Of a DNA stretch of 64,000 nt, positions 55,513 to 64,000 are shown piece by piece. A program made the position numbers and the translations under genes. Under the pieces are notes generated by a model, which was not told where the DNA came from, ran no database searches, and worked only from the letters and a program-made list of their open reading frames with translations. How positions within the stretch are numbered: position 1 is the first letter of the stretch; each line of letters begins with the position of its first letter. Source of the DNA: the human T2T-CHM13v2.0 reference genome, Homo sapiens; the NCBI RefSeq assembly GCF_009914755.1, contig NC_060938.1; one strand, written 5' to 3'.

Positions 55513-56434
55513 AAATCAAAACAGTCTAGCCACTTTGAAAGACATTTTGGTAGTATTAAAAAATATTTTCAATATTTAATATATTTTAATTTAAATGTTC
55601 AATTTTTAAAACAAAGTTGAACATAGTCTTACTATATACAGTAACTGCACTCCTGGGTATTTACTCAAATGATATGAGTACTTATATACACACAAGTATG
55701 TATGTACTTATGTACACACATTCATATGAATGTTTAACTATTCATAATTACCAAAAACTGGAAACAACCAAGATACGCTTCAATAGGTGGTTGGATAAAC
55801 AAATTGTGTTACATCAATACATTGGAATATTCTTCAGTAGTAAAATAAAAGAGCTCTCAAGACATGAAAAGATGTGGAACATCTTGAAATGCAGTTTGCT
55901 AATTGTAAAAAGGCTGAAAATGTACATACTTTATGATTCCAATTATATGACATTCTGAAAAAGGGCAATCCTATAAAGACAGTAAAAGGTTTGGTGGTTA
56001 CCTGGGGTTCAGTCAAAGGGAAGGAGGGTCAAATAGGTAAAAAAAAAAATTAGGGTACTTTTTTTAGGAGATGAAATCATCTTGTGTGATACTGTAATGG
56101 TGGGTACATAACATTAGGTGTTTGCCAAAAACTTATAGAACTCAGAACTTTACAGTACAGGAGTGAAACGTAATGTATGTGAATATTTTAAAAAATCAAC
56201 TAGGAGGTCAGAGGATCCCAGGATGGAATGCAGATTGTGACAAGAGACTCTAACTGTATTACAAGTGTATGGGAAGAAAACATTAATGAAGGAAGTGGGG
56301 GGAAGGTGCTAATATCTAATAACTTTGGAAAGGAATGGATCACACAATACTAAATGCAAAAGAAACATCTGATACACGCTGTATTTATTTGACAAAGTTG
56401 TTTCCCATGGGGTTTTGAGTTAACAATGCTGATG

Positions 56435-56605
56435 CAGTCATCCCTTGTCCCTCGAAATCCATGGGGGATTGGTTCTAAGACCCTCAAACATTCCAAAATT
56501 CGTGGAATCTCACGTGCCTTAGTCAACCCTCTGTAGCCAGAGATTTTGCATCCATGGTTGGTTGAATTGCAGATGTGGAACCCATGGCTACAGAAGGCCA
56601 ACTAC
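56435..56605 (+). mobile_element. MER2 (TcMar-Tigger) deletion derivative
   Basis: cagtcatccct...atccatgggggattggttc start and ggttgaat...gtggaacccatgg...ggccaact end. Confidence 0.7.
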
Positions 56606-56710
56606 ACATACATATTTCTTTTTATTATATGTATGTGTGTGTATATATATAAAACAAAAAAAAATAAATATATATGTAATCAAAAAAATCAAATGCCCAT
56701 GAATCCATAG

Positions 56711-56713
<3 letters not shown>

Positions 56714-56757
<44 letters not shown>
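56714..56757. repeat. (TA)n microsatellite, about 22 units
   Basis: Seen directly. Confidence 0.95.
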
Positions 56758-56760
<3 letters not shown>

Positions 56761-57387
56761 CCATATCTATATATACCCATATATAGGATATATACATGAA
56801 TACCTTTTCTCTGGTAAAGTCTTATATTTAAAGGCTTTCCTATGTAAATCCAAAGTTTTGAATGCTTATGAACCAGAAGAAATTCCTAAACAGAAGTCTC
56901 CTTACCAATAAAGTCATGATTGAGCCAAACCCTAATTGCTCACAGATGAAGGTAGTGTTGAGGTGTTTGCGTTTCTTTAATTCTTACTGTCTCTTACATT
57001 TCTTTATACAGTTTTGAGTCATTAAAGTGATGTAGTCATTTTAATAACTTATTTATAACAGAAAAAGCTCGATTATGTCTAGGAACTTGTGCTCCTTTTT
57101 TTCACATCTTCTCCATCTATGTCAAAAATGGTCCAAATGTTAAAATAATAGTATTCTTTTTTTTTTTTTACTTTTTTTTTTTATTATACTTTAAGTTTTA
57201 GCGTACATGTGCACATTGTGCAGGTTAGTTACATATGTATACATGTGCCATGATGGTGCGCTACACCCACTAACTCATCATCTAGCATTAGGTATATCTC
57301 CCAATGATATCCCTCCCCACTCCCCCCACCCCACCACAGTCCCCAGAGTGTGCTATTCCCCTTCCTGTGTCCATGTGATCTCATTGT

Positions 57388-61242
<3,855 letters not shown>

Positions 61243-61278
61243 TTAGTTGATGCAGTTTCTTCCTAGTCTCGATGGTCT

Positions 61279-62295
61279 TTACATTTTGGCATGATTTTGC
61301 AGCGGCTGGTACCGGTTGTTCCTTTCCATGTTTAGCGCTTCCTTCAGGAGCTCTTTTAGGGCAGGTCTGGTGGTGACAAAATCTCTCAGCACTTGCTTGT
61401 CTGTAAAGTATTTTATTTCTCCTTCACTTATGAAGCTTAGTTTGGCTGGATATGAAATTCTGGGTTGAAAATTCTTTTCTTTAAGAATGTTGAATATTGG
61501 CCCCCACTCTCTTCTGGCTTGTAGGGTTTCTGCCGAGAGATCCGCTGTTAGTCTGATGGGCTTCCCTTTGAGGGTAACCCGACCTTTCTCTCTGGCTGCC
61601 CTTAACATTTTTTCCTTCATTTCAACTTTGGTGAATCTGACAATTATGTGTCTTGGAGTTGCTCTTCTCAAGGAGTATCTTTGTGGCGTTCTCTGTATTT
61701 CCTGAATCTGAACGTTGGCCTGCCTTGCTAGATTGGGGAAGTTCTCCTGGATAATATCCTGCAGAGTGTTTTCCAACTTGGCTCCATTCTCACCATCACT
61801 TTCAGGTACACCAATCAGACGTAGATTTGGTCTTTTCACATAGTCCCATATTTCTTGGAGGCTTTGCTCATTTCTTTTTATTCTTTTTTCTCTAAACTTC
61901 CCTTCTTGCTTCATTTCATTCATTTCATCTTCCATCGCTGATACCCTTTCTTCCAGTTGATCGCAGTGGCTCCTGAGGCTTCTGCATTCTTCACGTAGTT
62001 CTCGAGCCTTGGTTTTCAGCTCCATCAGCTCCTTTAAGCACTTCTCTGTATTGGTTATTCTAGTTATACATTCTTCTAAATTTTTTTCAAAGTTTTCAAC
62101 TTCTTTGCCTTTGGTTTGAATGTCCTCCCGTAGCTCAGAGTAATTTGATCGTCTGAAGCCTTCTTCTCTCAGCTCGTCAAAGTCATTCTCCATCCAGCTT
62201 TGTTCCGTTGCTGGTGAGGAACTGCGTTCCTTTGGAGGAGGAGAGGCACTCTGCGTTTTAGAGTTTCCAGTTTTTCTGTTCTGTTTTTTCCCCAT
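61279..62295 (-). CDS. L1 ORF1p (338 aa, uninterrupted)
   Basis: Full-length ORF1p with REKG, ARR and YPAKLS motifs intact. Confidence 0.97.
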   Translation of the reverse strand: MGKKQNRKTGNSKTQSASPPPKERSSSPATEQSWMENDFDELREEGFRRSNYSELREDIQTKGKEVENFEKNLEECITRITNTEKCLKELMELKTKARELREECRSLRSHCDQLEERVSAMEDEMNEMKQEGKFREKRIKRNEQSLQEIWDYVKRPNLRLIGVPESDGENGAKLENTLQDIIQENFPNLARQANVQIQEIQRTPQRYSLRRATPRHIIVRFTKVEMKEKMLRAAREKGRVTLKGKPIRLTADLSAETLQARREWGPIFNILKEKNFQPRISYPAKLSFISEGEIKYFTDKQVLRDFVTTRPALKELLKEALNMERNNRYQPLQNHAKM

Positions 62296-63201
62296 CTTTG
62301 TGGTTTTATCTACTTTTGGTCTTTGATGATGGTGATGTACAGATGGGTTTTTGGTGTGGATGTACTTTCTGTTTGTTAGTTTTCCTTCTAACAGACAGGA
62401 CCCTCAGCTGCAGGTCTGTTGGAATACCCTGCAGTGTGAGGTGTCAGTGTGCCCCTGCTGGGGGGTGCCTCCCAGTTAGGCTGCTCAGGGGTCAGGGGTC
62501 AGGGACCCACTTGAGGAGGCAGTCTGCCCGTTCTCAGATCTCCAGCTGCGTGCTGAGAGAACCACTGCTCTCTTCAAAGCTGTCAGACAGGGACATTTAA
62601 GTCTGCAGAGGTTACTGCTGTCTTTTTGTTTCTCTGTGCCCTGCCCCCAGAGGTGGAGCCTACAGAGGCAGGCAGGCCTCCTTGAGCTGTGATGGGCTCC
62701 ACCCAGTTCGAGCTTCCCGGCTGCTTTGTTTACCTACGGGAGCCTGGGCAATGGCGGGCGCCCCTCCCCCAGCCTCGCTGCCGCCTTGCAGTTTGATCTC
62801 AGACCGCTGTGCTAGCAATCAGCGAGACTCCGTGGGCGTAGGACCCTCCGTGCCAGGTGTGGGATATAGTCTCGTGGTGCGCCGTTTTTTAAGCCGGTCT
62901 GAAAAGCGCAATATTCGGGTGGGAGTGACCCGATTGTCCAGGTGCGTCCGTCACCCCTTTCTTTGAGTCGGAAAGGGAACTCCCTGACCCCTTGCGCTTC
63001 CCAGGTGAGGCAATGCCTCACCCTGCTTTGGCTCGCGCACGGTGCGCGCACTCACCGGCCTGCGCCCACTGTCTGGCACTCCCTAGTGAGATGAACCCAG
63101 TACCTCAGATGGAAATGCAGAAATCACCCGTCTTCTGCATCGCTCACGCTGGGAGCTGTAGACCGGAGCTGTTCCTATTCGGCCATCTTGGCTCCTCCCC
63201 C
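62296..63201. promoter_or_regulatory. L1 5'UTR: internal sense promoter (YY1 site at about 63181-63190) and antisense promoter
   Basis: Intact CAAGATGGCC YY1 motif; CpG-rich 5' half. Confidence 0.85.
62751..62966 (+). CDS. L1 antisense ORF0 (71 aa, MAGAPPPASLPPCSLISD...RHPFL)
   Basis: ATG at 62751; 216 nt in the antisense 5'UTR; matches primate ORF0; donors at 62857 and 62942. Confidence 0.88.
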   Translation: MAGAPPPASLPPCSLISDRCASNQRDSVGVGPSVPGVGYSLVVRRFLSRSEKRNIRVGVTRLSRCVRHPFL

Positions 63202-64000
63202 AAAAATAATAGTATTCTAAGTGGATGTCACTGTCTACACTATGACAAGAGTAAAACGCAGAGGAACTAACCCATTTTCAGCCTGCTTGCCTAATAAACT
63301 GATTTTCTTATGTAACACAGATAAATTTGATGCATAGGTCATCAATATCTTATAGAAATTTAATATCATAAAAAAAGATACAAGCTGAAGGGATGGTCAA
63401 TTATAGTCATCCCATTTTTGTCCTGATAGTTGACATCTGCCTATACAGATGATGATAGTTATTAAATATTGCATTGAAATTCATGTCTATGATAAAGCAA
63501 ACTTAGAGATTACTGGGGAATAGAGGAATTCTCTAAGAAGAAATATCAGCAATTCAAAATATTTTCTGTTGAAGCAAAGCTTCAATAAATTTAGAAATAA
63601 CTCACAAGAAGGCTGAATGTCTAAAGAAAGAAATGCATGCCAATTCAGGTTTTCAAGCTAACCATTTTTTAATCTTCTCTGGTGTAGAATTTAATTTTAT
63701 CTTCTAATTTAGTCATACAAACTTTTACTTCTACTTTGAATGCATCTATAACATATGGTATATATCTATTATCTTCTATGTCATTTAGTTATTAAAGTAA
63801 CTTTCCATAGCTCATAAAAGTAATGTTTTTCACAACAGAAATTTAGAAGACTGACAAGACATATTTATAAGATACCATTGTACCTCTACCACACAGATTG
63901 TCATCCAGATAAGCAAAAAGTAAAATAATGTTATCTGTGAGCACAATAACTCAATATATAGGAATTCAAATGTTTTTTTATTTGGTCATCAAGGAAGCTT

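Noticed and set aside
63995-64000. Window ends exactly at a HindIII site (aagctt)
   Set aside because: Possibly a clone end or a coincidence; technical, not biological.

Overview
Primate (probably human) genomic DNA covering the 5' end of NOVA1, a neuronal KH-domain splicing regulator, on the minus strand. Coding exon 1 (25195-25330) and exon 2 (23304-23447) are present. Intron 2 runs off the left edge, and a CpG-island, probably bidirectional, promoter lies at about 24.7-26.6 kb. The upstream half is rich in old transposons: MIR, L2, L1M, L1PA16-like, MaLR LTRs including an apparently complete MLT1 provirus, Alus, MER2/58/94. It ends in a full-length, TSD-flanked L1PA2-type LINE-1 (57158-63201, minus) with open ORF1, ORF2 and antisense ORF0, but with substitutions in the ORF2 PIP box and RT motifs. 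Other points of interest: the NOVA1 leader has a duplicated 24-mer carrying tandem YCAY (NOVA-binding) motifs, an A25 tract and a 37-codon uORF; there are candidate cryptic or poison exons in introns 1 and 2; and intron 2 holds a 438-bp-period tandem duplication. Repeat boundaries and subfamily calls were made by eye and are approximate unless a TSD is quoted. I found no wholly new biological system; the leads are regulatory.
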